In this document: one piece after another, positions 17,564 through 27,525 of the stretch | Layout: each line of letters starts with the position of its first letter | How positions within the stretch are numbered: the first letter of the stretch is position 1 | Source of the DNA: Candidatus Latescibacterota bacterium | Lineage (GTDB): Bacteria; Latescibacterota; UBA2968; UBA8231 | Length of the DNA stretch: 64,000 nt | Direction: 5' to 3' | NCBI GenBank assembly: GCA_965197905.1 | Contig: CBDAOB010000002.1 | Coordinates: forward strand, 352,001-416,000 | The notes under the pieces: generated by a model | What the model saw: only the letters and a program-made list of their open reading frames with translations | Databases searched by the model: none | Told to the model about the DNA's origin: nothing | Program-made: the position numbers and the translations under genes

Positions 17564-17868
17564 GACAATCTCCTCAATTTCGCAATCCCTACTTCTCTTC
17601 AAGCGTGTCGTGATTTCCCTCAACCTGGACAGGGAGACCAGAACTAATATCACCAACGTCGGTCTGCAGCGCGAGGTCTTCCTCAAAGCCTTGGGGCAGA
17701 GGGATTTATATGCGCTATGGTGCGGCTGCAATGGCCTGCCTCCTAGCTCTGGCTGATCAGTTTCTCTTCCATCAAGGCCTGGATATTCGCCTCTGAGCAC
17801 ACGCCTTCGATGTCTTCGACCTATTCATTCTGCATGTGAAAATCCCCTATAGTTGAATCTGCGGACAC

Positions 17869-18594
17869 TCAGTGTTGCGCTTCCTTCAAGTACTCGTGGA
17901 GTGTTCGAGGGTCCGGCAGTGGCATCCCGACAACCCCGCACGCCACCGCCCGTTCCAGTTGCTCCCGCGTCCGCACAGTGGTGGATAGTATGAACAATCC
18001 GCTAGCCGCACACGATGCGGTCAGCTCGGAATTCAAAAGCTCGTTCCAGATTACTATATGATGAGCTCCCAACTCGCGCGCGCGCTCAATATTCTCCTGG
18101 CTCGGCTCCAGGCAGGTGAAACCAACACCGATATCAGGTGCCAGCTGTTTCACAAGTGCGAGGGATTCGGAATTTCTTCCTATTACATAAACCTGCTCCG
18201 AACGCCCACAATTCTGAACGACCTCCACTAGCTGCTCGACGACGTCCGGACCTTTTATGTCCAGCAGGTAGTTGACCCTGGCGCCGCAAACGTCGAATAG
18301 CTCCGCCAATGTTGGAATCCGCTCGTCCGCAAATTCAGCATCGAACCAGCTTCCAGCGTCGAGCCGCTTGAGATCATCGAGATCTAGATCGCCGACGGCT
18401 CCCTGCCCGTCCGTGCTGCGGTCAACGGTTCCATCGTGCAGAAGAACGAGGTGCCCGTCTCGTGACATGCGGAGATCCACCTCGATCCATCCGATGCCGT
18501 ACTCCATCGTACGTTTGAAGGAAGCAAGGGTATTCTCGGGCGCATATCCCTCTCCGCCTCTATGAGCTACATCCCAGAAACTGTCGCTACTCAT
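17869..18594 (-). CDS. Glycerophosphodiester phosphodiesterase family
   Basis: AHRGGEGYAPENTLASF, IEVDL, LLHD, IPTL, LDIK. Confidence 0.9.
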   Translation of the reverse strand: MSSDSFWDVAHRGGEGYAPENTLASFKRTMEYGIGWIEVDLRMSRDGHLVLLHDGTVDRSTDGQGAVGDLDLDDLKRLDAGSWFDAEFADERIPTLAELFDVCGARVNYLLDIKGPDVVEQLVEVVQNCGRSEQVYVIGRNSESLALVKQLAPDIGVGFTCLEPSQENIERARELGAHHIVIWNELLNSELTASCAASGLFILSTTVRTREQLERAVACGVVGMPLPDPRTLHEYLKEAQH

Positions 18595-18607
18595 GGCATT
18601 TCCTCCT

Positions 18608-19585
18608 TCAGCTGCGATACCAGGCGATCGCTTCTTCGAGCGCGGTTCGAATCGAAGTATATGTAATGTTGAGCTCGCGTTCGGCCTTGCTACCGTCCGC
18701 GTCGATCCCCTCTTTGATGGTTCTCATCTGATCGACGGCCATTCCCCACCTTGGTGTCTTCTTCGTGATGTTCGACATGGCTGTAAGAGCAGCTGCGTTC
18801 AGCGTGACGAGTGGTCCGGGCATCTGCATCCTGGGCAACGGCACGCCTGAAATCTCGCTGACCATTCGGTTGAATTCGCGCATGGTCAAGCGCTCGCCGC
18901 AAACCAGGTACTTTTCACCCACGTTCCCCTCTTTCTCCAGCGCCCGCACGATGGCTTCCGCTACATCTTTGACGTGTACCCACGTTATGGTCGAGTCGTC
19001 GAACACCCGGGTCGGAAGTCCCCGGTTGATGAGGTCTAACACGTATTGACCGCTGGCCTTCGTGTCTCCTGGCCCCACGACCCCGCCGGGATAGACCATC
19101 AATACCGGTAGCTTCTTTTCTTGGTGAAGCTTCCATGCGATGAGGTCCCCCACGTGCTTGGTACGGGCGTACTCGCTGAACTGCACCGGACCCATCGGTG
19201 TCTCTTCCGTGAACGGCAGCTCCGCCGGCTTGCCGTAGGTCACAACCGAGCTTACGTGGGCAATCTTGGAGACACCGGTCTCGAGGGCCGCCTCCATGAC
19301 ATTCCGCGTACCTTCGATGTTGACCTCGGTGTAGATCTCCCGCCGCGGCTCCCAAAAGGAGTAGACGTTAGCGAGGTTTGCTACCCAATCGCAACCGTTC
19401 ATCCCGTTTAGCAAAGACACCCGGTCGGTCACGTTGCCGATCACGAGGGTCGCCCCTAGCTTTTCCAACTCGACCACATTGCTTGACGCTCTGACCAGGC
19501 AAGAGACCTGGTGGCTCGTAATGGAAAGTCGCCTGACCAGGTGAAGACCGATGAATCCCCTTGCTCCGGTTACCAGAATCTTCAT
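18608..19585 (-). CDS. NAD-dependent epimerase/dehydratase (dihydroflavonol-reductase/HpnA-like)
   Basis: ILVTGARGFIG, VNIEGTRNV, YARTK, VHVKDVA. Confidence 0.9.
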   Translation of the reverse strand: MKILVTGARGFIGLHLVRRLSITSHQVSCLVRASSNVVELEKLGATLVIGNVTDRVSLLNGMNGCDWVANLANVYSFWEPRREIYTEVNIEGTRNVMEAALETGVSKIAHVSSVVTYGKPAELPFTEETPMGPVQFSEYARTKHVGDLIAWKLHQEKKLPVLMVYPGGVVGPGDTKASGQYVLDLINRGLPTRVFDDSTITWVHVKDVAEAIVRALEKEGNVGEKYLVCGERLTMREFNRMVSEISGVPLPRMQMPGPLVTLNAAALTAMSNITKKTPRWGMAVDQMRTIKEGIDADGSKAERELNITYTSIRTALEEAIAWYRS

Positions 19586-19956
19586 GGGTTTTCGTTTTCC
19601 GTAGTCAGAATCACCACGGAGGCTTGGTCACCAAGATCGATGTTGACCGTTCCCGGTCCAACCGCCAAGACGCTCTGTTGTGAGTCTGTGCACCGCTGCG
19701 ACGACCGTCCACCTTCCGCTTCAACATCGATGCCGACGGTTCCGGTACACCGCCAGCTCAGCCGTATACGACCATCCGGTAGATTGTAGGCACCGCTATT
19801 GTCGATGCGCGCAGAAATACCAATCGGGAGAGTATCGCCCGGCGCCAGCGTAGTGGAGGGCTCTCCAATGTTGGACGTTGTGACCTTTTTCTCGGTGGAG
19901 CAACCGGCACGTAGAATAAATGTCAGCAGGAAAATAAGAAACGTGGCTCTGGTCAT
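19582..19956 (-). CDS. Hypothetical protein, possible lipoprotein
   Basis: Hydrophobic N-terminus ending in AGC, 4-nt overlap with the downstream gene. Confidence 0.5.
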   Translation of the reverse strand: MTRATFLIFLLTFILRAGCSTEKKVTTSNIGEPSTTLAPGDTLPIGISARIDNSGAYNLPDGRIRLSWRCTGTVGIDVEAEGGRSSQRCTDSQQSVLAVGPGTVNIDLGDQASVVILTTENENP

Positions 19957-20010
19957 CGGGTTCTTATCCTGTTCCAGGCGAAGGCGTGGAGCTTGCGTAC
20001 TCTTCCTCGC

Positions 20011-20880
20011 TCAATGCTGCTCCGAATGATCGAAGTCGATTGCCAGCGCATCTCCCACTGCTCGATAGCCGATCTTGGCATATATGCTGTTCGAGGTGGG
20101 ATTGGCCAGGTCGGTATAAAGGCTGCAGAACGAATATCGTTCGGAGAGCAACTTCCGAGTCAGGGAATGGACACATGATGTGGCGTATCCTTTGTTCCGA
20201 TTTCCTGCAGGAGTATACACTTTGTTGATGGTGATTCCATGCCGGGTAGCACGGGATTCCGCGGCCAGCGAAACAGGCTCGCCATCTTCCCATATATACA
20301 GCTGCTGCTCCTCGATATATCTGATCGTGCTGCTCTTGGCCTTTGCAAGATCGGTCGTTTCGCCGATCGCGTCCGAAAAATCATGTACCCATTGCGTCAT
20401 GAGATCGCAATCGGCCATCGACGCGACCCGCAGGAATCCTGAAGATAGAGGAAGATCCGAGACATCCCGAATCTCGAAGACACGCATCCGCATAGAGATG
20501 TTGACCGAGAACCCGGGCACCTCTCTCAACCAGGCATCTACAAAAGCAGTGGCTTCAGAGGCGGGTCCGACAACACCAGGCGTAAGCGCATCGCTGGAAT
20601 GTAGGTGTGCCGCGATCCCGGCGGTGCACACCTCGTGGCTCGCTTCCAATCGACTCAGGATGATCCTCTTCGGAGGTGTCATAACCGCAACGCCTGCAGG
20701 CTGGCCGTCGTCCAGGACGCTAAGTAAAAGCGCCGGTTCGGGACCGTAGTAAAGTGGGTTTTCAGCCAGCGTGTAAACGAGTCCTAGAGGCAGACTGTTT
20801 TCACTCTCGCGGTTCTCGAGGAACGACCCGGAGAGTGAAATGAGCTGGCGCGCATTGGAATGTGATAAAATCTCGATCAT
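20011..20880 (-). CDS. GNAT acetyltransferase (FR47-like C-terminal domain)
   Basis: VYTPAGNRNKGYA, LYTDLANPTSNSIYAKIGY. Confidence 0.9.
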   Translation of the reverse strand: MIEILSHSNARQLISLSGSFLENRESENSLPLGLVYTLAENPLYYGPEPALLLSVLDDGQPAGVAVMTPPKRIILSRLEASHEVCTAGIAAHLHSSDALTPGVVGPASEATAFVDAWLREVPGFSVNISMRMRVFEIRDVSDLPLSSGFLRVASMADCDLMTQWVHDFSDAIGETTDLAKAKSSTIRYIEEQQLYIWEDGEPVSLAAESRATRHGITINKVYTPAGNRNKGYATSCVHSLTRKLLSERYSFCSLYTDLANPTSNSIYAKIGYRAVGDALAIDFDHSEQH

Positions 20881-20887
20881 GAGTCGG

Positions 20888-21781
20888 TCAGGGAGCTAGC
20901 GCCCGCGCTACCTCTTGATGGATCCAGTTAGCTGATGCCCGGGCAAAAAGCCAAAGTCGAACGCGCTCGCTATCCACCTCCAGCAGATCGGCGAATCGTT
21001 GCACAAGTCCTAGCGGATCCGCCCGCAACCGTTTCTCACAATTGAAGAGATGCTGGGTTGCATCGTACGCCGGATCCCCGACGAACGGCTTCGGATCGAT
21101 GACCAGCCATGGCTCACGCTGCGCCTCGAGCACGTTGCCGGCATGCAGGTCGGTCGCCAATAGCACCTGTCGGGAAGCCGTACGTGGAAGTTCCTGAAAC
21201 AACCGAAGTGCCTCTCGGACCAGGCCAGGGTCGAACCACTGCTCCTCCTTTTTGAGTGTCGATTCGCTCCAGTGGTCTAGCATGGCGGTCAACGGACGGA
21301 ACGGATGAGGCTCGGCCGGCGTGCGCCAGAGTCTTCGCAACATTCGGGCCATGACGACATCCTGCTCGGGCTCGGATCTTGCACGCAGCACTGTCCCTGG
21401 CTCACAGCGCTCCATTAACATCGCGTTGCGATCGACGTCTTCCTCCAGAAGCCACACGGTTGGGTCGCCGTTCCAGAAGCGTATTCCGTGAATCTCATGC
21501 ATCGCTTCCATGTGGGGCATCCCGAGCTTGATCATCGCAGTGGAGCCGTCCGCGCGCGTTACGGGGGCCACCCAGGAGCAGGTAACTTCGTCCCCGTCGA
21601 TGGGCGCACCGAGGTTGATGGACCAGCGCCGTTCCAACTCATGAAGAGCGCCGGGAAGTCCTTTGAGCCACGTCATTCTTTCCGGGTTACCTTCGCAATA
21701 ATTTTCTATTTTTTTTGGGATCGGTATGTCCATGTGACAGCTCGAATACACACGGGCGGGAAGAACGAAGGACGGGGCCAC
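20888..21781 (-). CDS. Aminoglycoside/hydroxyurea kinase family (APH(6)-like)
   Basis: LMERCEPG, DLHAGNVL, WLVIDPKPFVGDPAYD. Start may be ATG 21733. Confidence 0.85.
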   Translation of the reverse strand: MAPSFVLPARVYSSCHMDIPIPKKIENYCEGNPERMTWLKGLPGALHELERRWSINLGAPIDGDEVTCSWVAPVTRADGSTAMIKLGMPHMEAMHEIHGIRFWNGDPTVWLLEEDVDRNAMLMERCEPGTVLRARSEPEQDVVMARMLRRLWRTPAEPHPFRPLTAMLDHWSESTLKKEEQWFDPGLVREALRLFQELPRTASRQVLLATDLHAGNVLEAQREPWLVIDPKPFVGDPAYDATQHLFNCEKRLRADPLGLVQRFADLLEVDSERVRLWLFARASANWIHQEVARALAP

Positions 21782-21794
21782 CTAGCCAAAGAGC

Positions 21795-22616
21795 CTAACT
21801 CAAAGGGATTAGGTACCGCTCTCGATTCGAAAAAGCGACCTCGGCCTCAATGCCGGACTCGCGAAGAATATCAGCTGCCTCGTCGAAGTGGTCGCCGATC
21901 TCCTCGAATTTGTGCGAGTCGCTCCCAATACTCACTACCCTTCCCCCTAACTCCACGTACCGCTCGATCGTCCATGGGGCCGGCATAGGTTCCCCCACAT
22001 TGTCTCGCAAGGTGCTCGTATTGATCTCTGGTGGAATATCCGCGGCAATCGTTGTTCGCAACACCTCGTCCACCAGATCTCCGTGCCGGCGAATATCGAA
22101 GGTGTTCCAGAAGCGTTGTGAATACCGCTTGGCCAGGTCCATGTGACTCAACACGTCAAACGGTCGCTCACCCTTCTCCTTCAGTGCCAGACAGAATTTC
22201 AAAGCGCACAGCACCTCTTCCAGGTAGAATCGGGTCAGTTCGTGACAGTCGGTCCAGTGATCCTTGACATGCGCAGGTTTGCCATCACACCAGTGAATGC
22301 TGAGAAGAACGAGGTCGAATTCGCGATTCGCCAAATATTCGAGGATCTCCGACATGACGATAGGCTGGTAACACACCTCGATGCCAAGCCCTATCTCCAA
22401 CCGGCCGGCAAACTCCTCTCGCAGCGCAAGAACCGATTCAGAGATGGCGGAGTAGTCCCAAATGCAACTTGGGCGGTCCTGCGGATGCATATCGTAGTGC
22501 TCGGTAAACGTAAGTCCACTCAACCCGCGGGCTATCGCCTGGAGGCAATTCCCCCTCGGATCGGCCTCCGAATCGATGGAGAAGCGAGAATGCAAATGTT
22601 GATCGCGCAGGTTCAT
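21795..22616 (-). CDS. Histidinol-phosphatase HisJ / PHP family
   Basis: DQHLHSRFSIDS, FTEH, EINTS, IGSDSH. Confidence 0.9.
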   Translation of the reverse strand: MNLRDQHLHSRFSIDSEADPRGNCLQAIARGLSGLTFTEHYDMHPQDRPSCIWDYSAISESVLALREEFAGRLEIGLGIEVCYQPIVMSEILEYLANREFDLVLLSIHWCDGKPAHVKDHWTDCHELTRFYLEEVLCALKFCLALKEKGERPFDVLSHMDLAKRYSQRFWNTFDIRRHGDLVDEVLRTTIAADIPPEINTSTLRDNVGEPMPAPWTIERYVELGGRVVSIGSDSHKFEEIGDHFDEAADILRESGIEAEVAFSNRERYLIPLS

Positions 22617-22701
22617 CAGTTGGAAAACACCTGTGTGGAGTGAATAGTGTCAAAGTATTTCTCATCGTCATGCGAGAGTTCTCTTCTGTGACCCGCACCT
22701 G

Positions 22702-23682
22702 TTAGAATGCTGCCATCCACGTGGGCCGCGATGGTGGAGAAAGCACCTCGAGGTGGATATAGAGTTTCTTGATATCCGGATTTCCGATGGTTTCCTTCAC
22801 GCCCTGCGCATATTGATGCAACAAGACTGGGTAGGGTTGGTTCGCTTGCTGTTCCGGATTCAACGTAACTGGATCCAAACCAAGGTCATGTAGCCCCGCC
22901 TGGTAGATCTCCGAGATCTGCGAAGCGATGGCTGACCATTGACCTATCTGCTTATGGCCCTTTTGAATGAGAGGCAAACAGGTGGCAGCGGGTCCGGAAA
23001 GACGACTGAATTCTCGATACAGCCATTTGTGATACGGCGCGTATTGGTGAGCCAGTAAGAAACCGACCTTCATGGCGTAGGTAGAAAATCGACACCAATA
23101 CATCGAAGCAGCGATTTCGTCGCCTCTGGCTTCCGCTCGCGGCAGATGTTTGGCACCCCACTCGCCAAGCCAGGCGAGGCAAGCACTGAGCCTTTTCTTC
23201 CATACGTCGCTCGGATACGCCTCAAAAGATTGAAATCTCTTGGTGGCTTCCTCGGTAGCATCGTAGAAAACGGGACGGTGCGTTATCTCAAAGAGGTGCT
23301 CTTCGGGAATGTGAAGCCAGTCGACGTCACGTTCCGGTGCGGTCGCGCATCCAACGACCGAGGTTACGTACTCGTCGAGCTGCTCAACCGCACATGACCT
23401 CTTCGGAGACTTTGACCAACCTAGTCCGTTGTATTCTTGCGGCAGTCGATCGAGTACCTCCTGCAAAGACCGGGCGAATCGTTCGTGCGCAACCCCAGAT
23501 AGCCAGACTCCGAATCCTGGACCCCAAGCGTGGTCTCGAGATATCTCGTCATCGTTACCATGGCATTGCGAACCTCCAAACATGCCCGCCGCCATGAACC
23601 GAGTGCATTCAGGAAGGTCTCTCCGGATGGCTGGGAGACCAATATTCATGAAGAATTGCTCGCAAAGATCGCGTCCCTTCAA
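22702..23682 (-). CDS. DUF4037-like nucleotidyltransferase-fold protein
   Basis: MKGRDLCEQFF, GSQCHGNDDEISRDHAWGPGF, YAPYHKWL. TTG start with RBS. Confidence 0.8.
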   Translation of the reverse strand: MKGRDLCEQFFMNIGLPAIRRDLPECTRFMAAGMFGGSQCHGNDDEISRDHAWGPGFGVWLSGVAHERFARSLQEVLDRLPQEYNGLGWSKSPKRSCAVEQLDEYVTSVVGCATAPERDVDWLHIPEEHLFEITHRPVFYDATEEATKRFQSFEAYPSDVWKKRLSACLAWLGEWGAKHLPRAEARGDEIAASMYWCRFSTYAMKVGFLLAHQYAPYHKWLYREFSRLSGPAATCLPLIQKGHKQIGQWSAIASQISEIYQAGLHDLGLDPVTLNPEQQANQPYPVLLHQYAQGVKETIGNPDIKKLYIHLEVLSPPSRPTWMAAF

Positions 23683-23701
23683 CGTTCCTAACTCCTATTC
23701 T

Positions 23702-24280
23702 TTAGCTGGCGTACTCGTGATCAACCGGCATGGGACGCAAATCCCCGTCGAAAAAGCGTCCAACAATGTGTCTGTCTGAATCAAAGGCCATGGCGGGCAG
23801 ATCTTCCACCGAGGATACCCATTGCAGTTCTTCAAGGTCATCCCCGGGCGCTTGGTCACCTCCAATGACCCGACCTTGTAGCACGATTACCAGGGTCTGA
23901 AGATCAAAGGCAAGAAAATTGGAGACGACGTTGATTATCGCTTCGACTTCGACAACAAGCCCGGTCTCTTCATACACCTCGCGCCGCGCGGCCGAGAGGA
24001 AATCCTCACCAAACTCGATGAATCCGCCTGGCAGACACCACTTGCCGGGTTCGAAGCTGTCCTTGCCTCGTTTGCCGACGAGGACATGCCCGTTTCTATG
24101 TACAATCGTCACAGCACCGGGCAACGGGTTCTTGTACTCCACGGCTCCGCACGAACCACAGATTCTGGAATTTGACGGAACGTCGGAGTCGAATAGAGTA
24201 CCACACCTCGAACAGAACGATTTCGGTTCGTGAGTATACTTCGTAACGTCTTTGACTTTGAATACCTGTCGTGTCGGCAA
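23702..24280 (-). CDS. NUDIX hydrolase with N-terminal Zn ribbon
   Basis: FCSRCG...CGSCG, Nudix box GGFIEFGEDFLSAARREVYEETGL. Start trimmed to avoid overlap with the upstream gene (uncertain). Confidence 0.85.
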   Translation of the reverse strand: MPTRQVFKVKDVTKYTHEPKSFCSRCGTLFDSDVPSNSRICGSCGAVEYKNPLPGAVTIVHRNGHVLVGKRGKDSFEPGKWCLPGGFIEFGEDFLSAARREVYEETGLVVEVEAIINVVSNFLAFDLQTLVIVLQGRVIGGDQAPGDDLEELQWVSSVEDLPAMAFDSDRHIVGRFFDGDLRPMPVDHEYAS

Positions 24281-24285
24281 GTCGA

Positions 24286-25053
24286 TCAAACCTTCCGCAA
24301 GTACCAGATGTATCCGCCGAATTTCAGCGTCTTTTCTTGTTCTTGGAAAAATGGCGCCAAAGATGTCCTCAATGCGGATCGCATGCAACTCTCCTTTTTA
24401 CCCGAGGCCAGGGCAACTGCGACATTCGACTGGGTCAACAGATAGTCCACATACCCTGCCATGGTGAACCTCACGTCATTGGTATAATCATCGGAGCTCG
24501 TGAATTCGAAGCCGTACCCAAGCGCCTCTTCGGGAGAGATCGGAGACTCGTCTCTTGGCGGCTTCGGATACTCCTTGTGGAATGACTCCTCGTGCCACTG
24601 CGCCAATCCTACATCATCGTTCATGATTCCTTGGTGCGTGTTGTCGTAGACCACCACAAAACAGCCCGCTTTCAAGTTGCTCCTTGCCTCTTTGAAAAAA
24701 CTGGGGCGATGAATCCAGTTTATGGCTCCGGACAAGGTGATTAGCTCGAATTCACAGTTGAAAGGTAGACTCTCGGCGGCGCAGCTACAGTAGGTCACTC
24801 CGTCGTATTCAATCGCAGACCGTATCATCGAGCTGGAGGAATCCACGCCGACAACCCTCTTGGCAATCTTGGTTAGCGCCATGGTCGAAAGCCCCGCTCC
24901 ACATCCTACGTCCAAGGCTTTTCCAAGTTTGTCTTCGATTGAAAGTGTCGACATCACCCGCTCGATTACATGGGGATGAAAAAACGGCCTGTTTCGGGCG
25001 TAGCCGTTGGCTATTGCGTGCGTGTTGAAGTAGGACATCCCTACTGGAGGCAT
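24286..25053 (-). CDS. Class I SAM-dependent methyltransferase
   Basis: ALDVGCGAGLST, AAESLPF. Confidence 0.9.
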   Translation of the reverse strand: MPPVGMSYFNTHAIANGYARNRPFFHPHVIERVMSTLSIEDKLGKALDVGCGAGLSTMALTKIAKRVVGVDSSSSMIRSAIEYDGVTYCSCAAESLPFNCEFELITLSGAINWIHRPSFFKEARSNLKAGCFVVVYDNTHQGIMNDDVGLAQWHEESFHKEYPKPPRDESPISPEEALGYGFEFTSSDDYTNDVRFTMAGYVDYLLTQSNVAVALASGKKESCMRSALRTSLAPFFQEQEKTLKFGGYIWYLRKV

Positions 25054-25089
25054 CTCCTCAAGCGCAACCGATCAGAGGGTGACTCTCGA

Positions 25090-25524
25090 TCAGTCGTGCT
25101 TCAACGGTTTCTGGAAGAATATTCGGCTGTGATCGGGCGGCAGGTTTGCGATCTCTCCCCAGGCCAGGTAGCCGTTCTTTCGATAGAAGTCCGGCGCTTG
25201 GAAACTCAGTGAGTCCACAAAGGCTCCCATGCATCCACGGTCAACTGCTTCCTTTTCCGCCATGGCCAGCAACCTCGTGCCAATCTGCTGATGGCGGTCG
25301 CTTTCGTTGACCCACAGTATGCTGATATGTAGCCATCGCCAGAACGTCTCTCCCAACAGACCACCGCGAATCGCGCCGCTGTCGTCGCGGGCGAAAATCG
25401 CAAGCGGCCTGAGATTGTCGGGGCCGGCGAATGGGCCGTTGTAGTTGTTCAATCCATCGCGAACGATCTGGCAATCCTCCTCTCGAGGGTCTGCTTCGAT
25501 CGCGAACTCGATAGCCTCTGCCAT
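25090..25524 (-). CDS. GNAT acetyltransferase
   Basis: LWVNESDRHQQIGTRLL, SFQAPDFYRKNGY. Confidence 0.9.
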   Translation of the reverse strand: MAEAIEFAIEADPREEDCQIVRDGLNNYNGPFAGPDNLRPLAIFARDDSGAIRGGLLGETFWRWLHISILWVNESDRHQQIGTRLLAMAEKEAVDRGCMGAFVDSLSFQAPDFYRKNGYLAWGEIANLPPDHSRIFFQKPLKHD

Positions 25525-25541
25525 TGCGAGCGTAACCTGCG

Positions 25542-25910
25542 TTACAGCTTCTTGGACCAGCCGTAGGTCCAGTCTGACACTTTAAACCCGAAATTGCTGT
25601 AGAATACGAAGGCTCGGTGGTTGTCCCACGCCGTACTGATACCCATGCGCCGATATCCCAGAGCATAGGAATCATTCAATGTCTGCTGAAGAAGGAATTT
25701 TCCAACTCCCTTGCCCTGCCAGGGCTCCTCGACGCCCAGCCAGTCCACAAACCCTCGATCTTCGACCTCCTCGCTCCTCTGGGTCTCCGCGCTGGAAATT
25801 ATGCAGCACTGACCGACTTCCTTGCCGTCGATCCATGCTAAGTTCTTCAGCCCGGGCAACACGCCCTGACCTGGCGCCTCTTCGGATCTCACTTCAAGAT
25901 ACTGGACCAT
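25542..25910 (-). pseudogene. C-terminal fragment of a GNAT acetyltransferase
   Basis: WLGVEEPWQGKGVGKFLL, NHRAFVFYSNFGF. No convincing N-terminus, abuts the truncated nitrilase. Confidence 0.6.
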
Positions 25911-26266
25911 GGGAGCAGGATCTTGGGATACACCTTCCGGTAACGCCCCATCACCGTGCCACGATGGAAGATGACCGCCGTGTTATACAGCGCTCCTGAT
26001 TCTGACGACTCGGTAATTCCTACAATGGTACTAACGGTATCACTTGTCAGTGGCGTCAGAACCTTCTCTATTGCGCCGTTCTCGACGCCGAACGCAAGCT
26101 CGAAGGGCTCCCTGGCGTAATCCGCCAACCCGCCGAGGACTGTTTCCGGACAGCACAGAATCTCGACTCGTTCTGCTTCACAAACAGCTACCTGCTCTCG
26201 CAGTCGATCGATCACCTCCATCGAGCCACCTTCGAGCAACGGAGCCTGGTAGGCAGCAACCCTCAT
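25889..26266 (-). pseudogene. N-terminal half of a carbon-nitrogen hydrolase (nitrilase family)
   Basis: MRVAAYQ, ILCCPE, LYNTAV, GRYRK, then stops before the catalytic Cys motif. Confidence 0.75.
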
Positions 26267-26344
26267 CTACTTCGACTTCTCGTAGGAAAGGACCCTGCTT
26301 GAATTTCCACCTTGCCTGTTAGGTAATGGAGGCGAGGCTTCTGG

Positions 26345-26402
26345 TTCGGTGTGTGTGAGAATTCCAATTTCATTCCATCTGGGTCCTCGAAGTAAACCGC
26401 CT
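26345..26402 (-). pseudogene. VOC/glyoxalase C-terminal remnant
   Basis: AVYFEDPDGMKLEFSHTP motif with no upstream domain. Confidence 0.55.
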
Positions 26403-26600
26403 CTACGTATCTCGCCTCATAAGGCTGTAGCTCTGAGCCGTCGGACGAACAAGAGGTTGAGTCGCCAGGAAAAGAGCCAGGGGAACGACTTCTTCCAGAG
26501 ACTTGACCCACTCGCTGTCTATGGCGAAGGCGGAGGTATCTCCCTCCTCCCTGTCCGCCATCGTCGTTCTCACCGGTCCCGGGATAAGCTCTTTCTGCAA
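26403..26600 (-). pseudogene. SDR oxidoreductase C-terminal remnant
   Basis: ELIPGPVRT...EEVVPLALFLA...TAQSYSL, no Rossmann N-terminus. Confidence 0.55.
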
Positions 26601-26771
26601 TGCCTGTCATAGTATATGCGTCAAAGCTCGAGCTCTAGTCACCGGCGGGATTGTGAACAGCTGCTTGGTTGACCTGTAGCCGGAAGTGTTCTAGCGCGGT
26701 TTGTAGGCGCTTCCGGTTACACACCAAGAGTCACCGATAGAGGGGGAACTCAGCGCGATCGGTCGAGCTTC

Positions 26772-27477
26772 TTAGAGCTTGAGCTCAGAAATGCTCCGTA
26801 TGGTGCTGTCCGGGTTCACTGGTGAGTCTCTCGGAAGGCCTTCGTCGGCGAAGTCGACCCATATGGCGGTCAACCCAAGGCGCTTCAACATCCCATTCCA
26901 GATTGTCTCCGACCATCCAGGCATCTTCGGGCCCGACTCCCAGCCGTGCGAGCACCTCCAAATACACCCGCTCATCCGGTTTGCCAAGCCCAAACTCACC
27001 CTCAATGAGGATGACTTCGAAATATTGAGCGAGGTTGAATCGCTCGATTTTCGCTCTCTGGGTGTCGATCGAGCCGTTGGTGACGAGGGCCAAGTGGATC
27101 CCCTTGTCCGCGAGCCTGACGAGTGTCTCTATCGCCCCCGGAAACAGTCTGATACTCTCTTCTCTCAATTGGTCGTAGGAATCTGCCATTTCCATTGACA
27201 GACTCTCCTCGGAACAGTCGAGAGTGGCCAGCGCACTTGCGGTGATCCTTCTGCGCGCGGCAACCAGATTCATTCTGCCTTCTCGGTGGCGCTCGGGATC
27301 GGCCCAGAAGCTGGAGCGGCTGTTGTTCAGTGCTTCCAGCAATGCGGCCGGCGTGGCCCCTGACAGCTTATCCGCGAATTGGTAGGCAATCGTCCTCCAG
27401 GTTGGCTCCGCTCCTTCCGTGAAAGCAATGATTGTATCGTCGAGATCGAAGAGAATAGCTTTGGGCAGCTTCGTCAC
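26772..27477 (-). pseudogene. HAD-IA hydrolase with C-terminal frameshift
   Basis: LFDLDDT, LVTNG, KPD, MVGDNLEWDVEAP, then the family tail RLGLTAIWVD...PDSTIRSISEL continues in another frame (shift near 26880). Confidence 0.8.
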
Positions 27478-27525
27478 GTCGTTCTTTCGTTCACGCAGCG
27501 TATGATGCTCGGTCTCGGCGTGAAC

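Noticed and set aside
17564..17800. N-terminal extension of the NTF2-like ORF
   Set aside because: The RBS and signal peptide fit ATG 17563, and the extension looks non-coding.
26645..26728. Integron attC site
   Set aside because: It lacks matching RYYYAAC/GTTRRRY ends in the gene orientation and is not repeated at other junctions.
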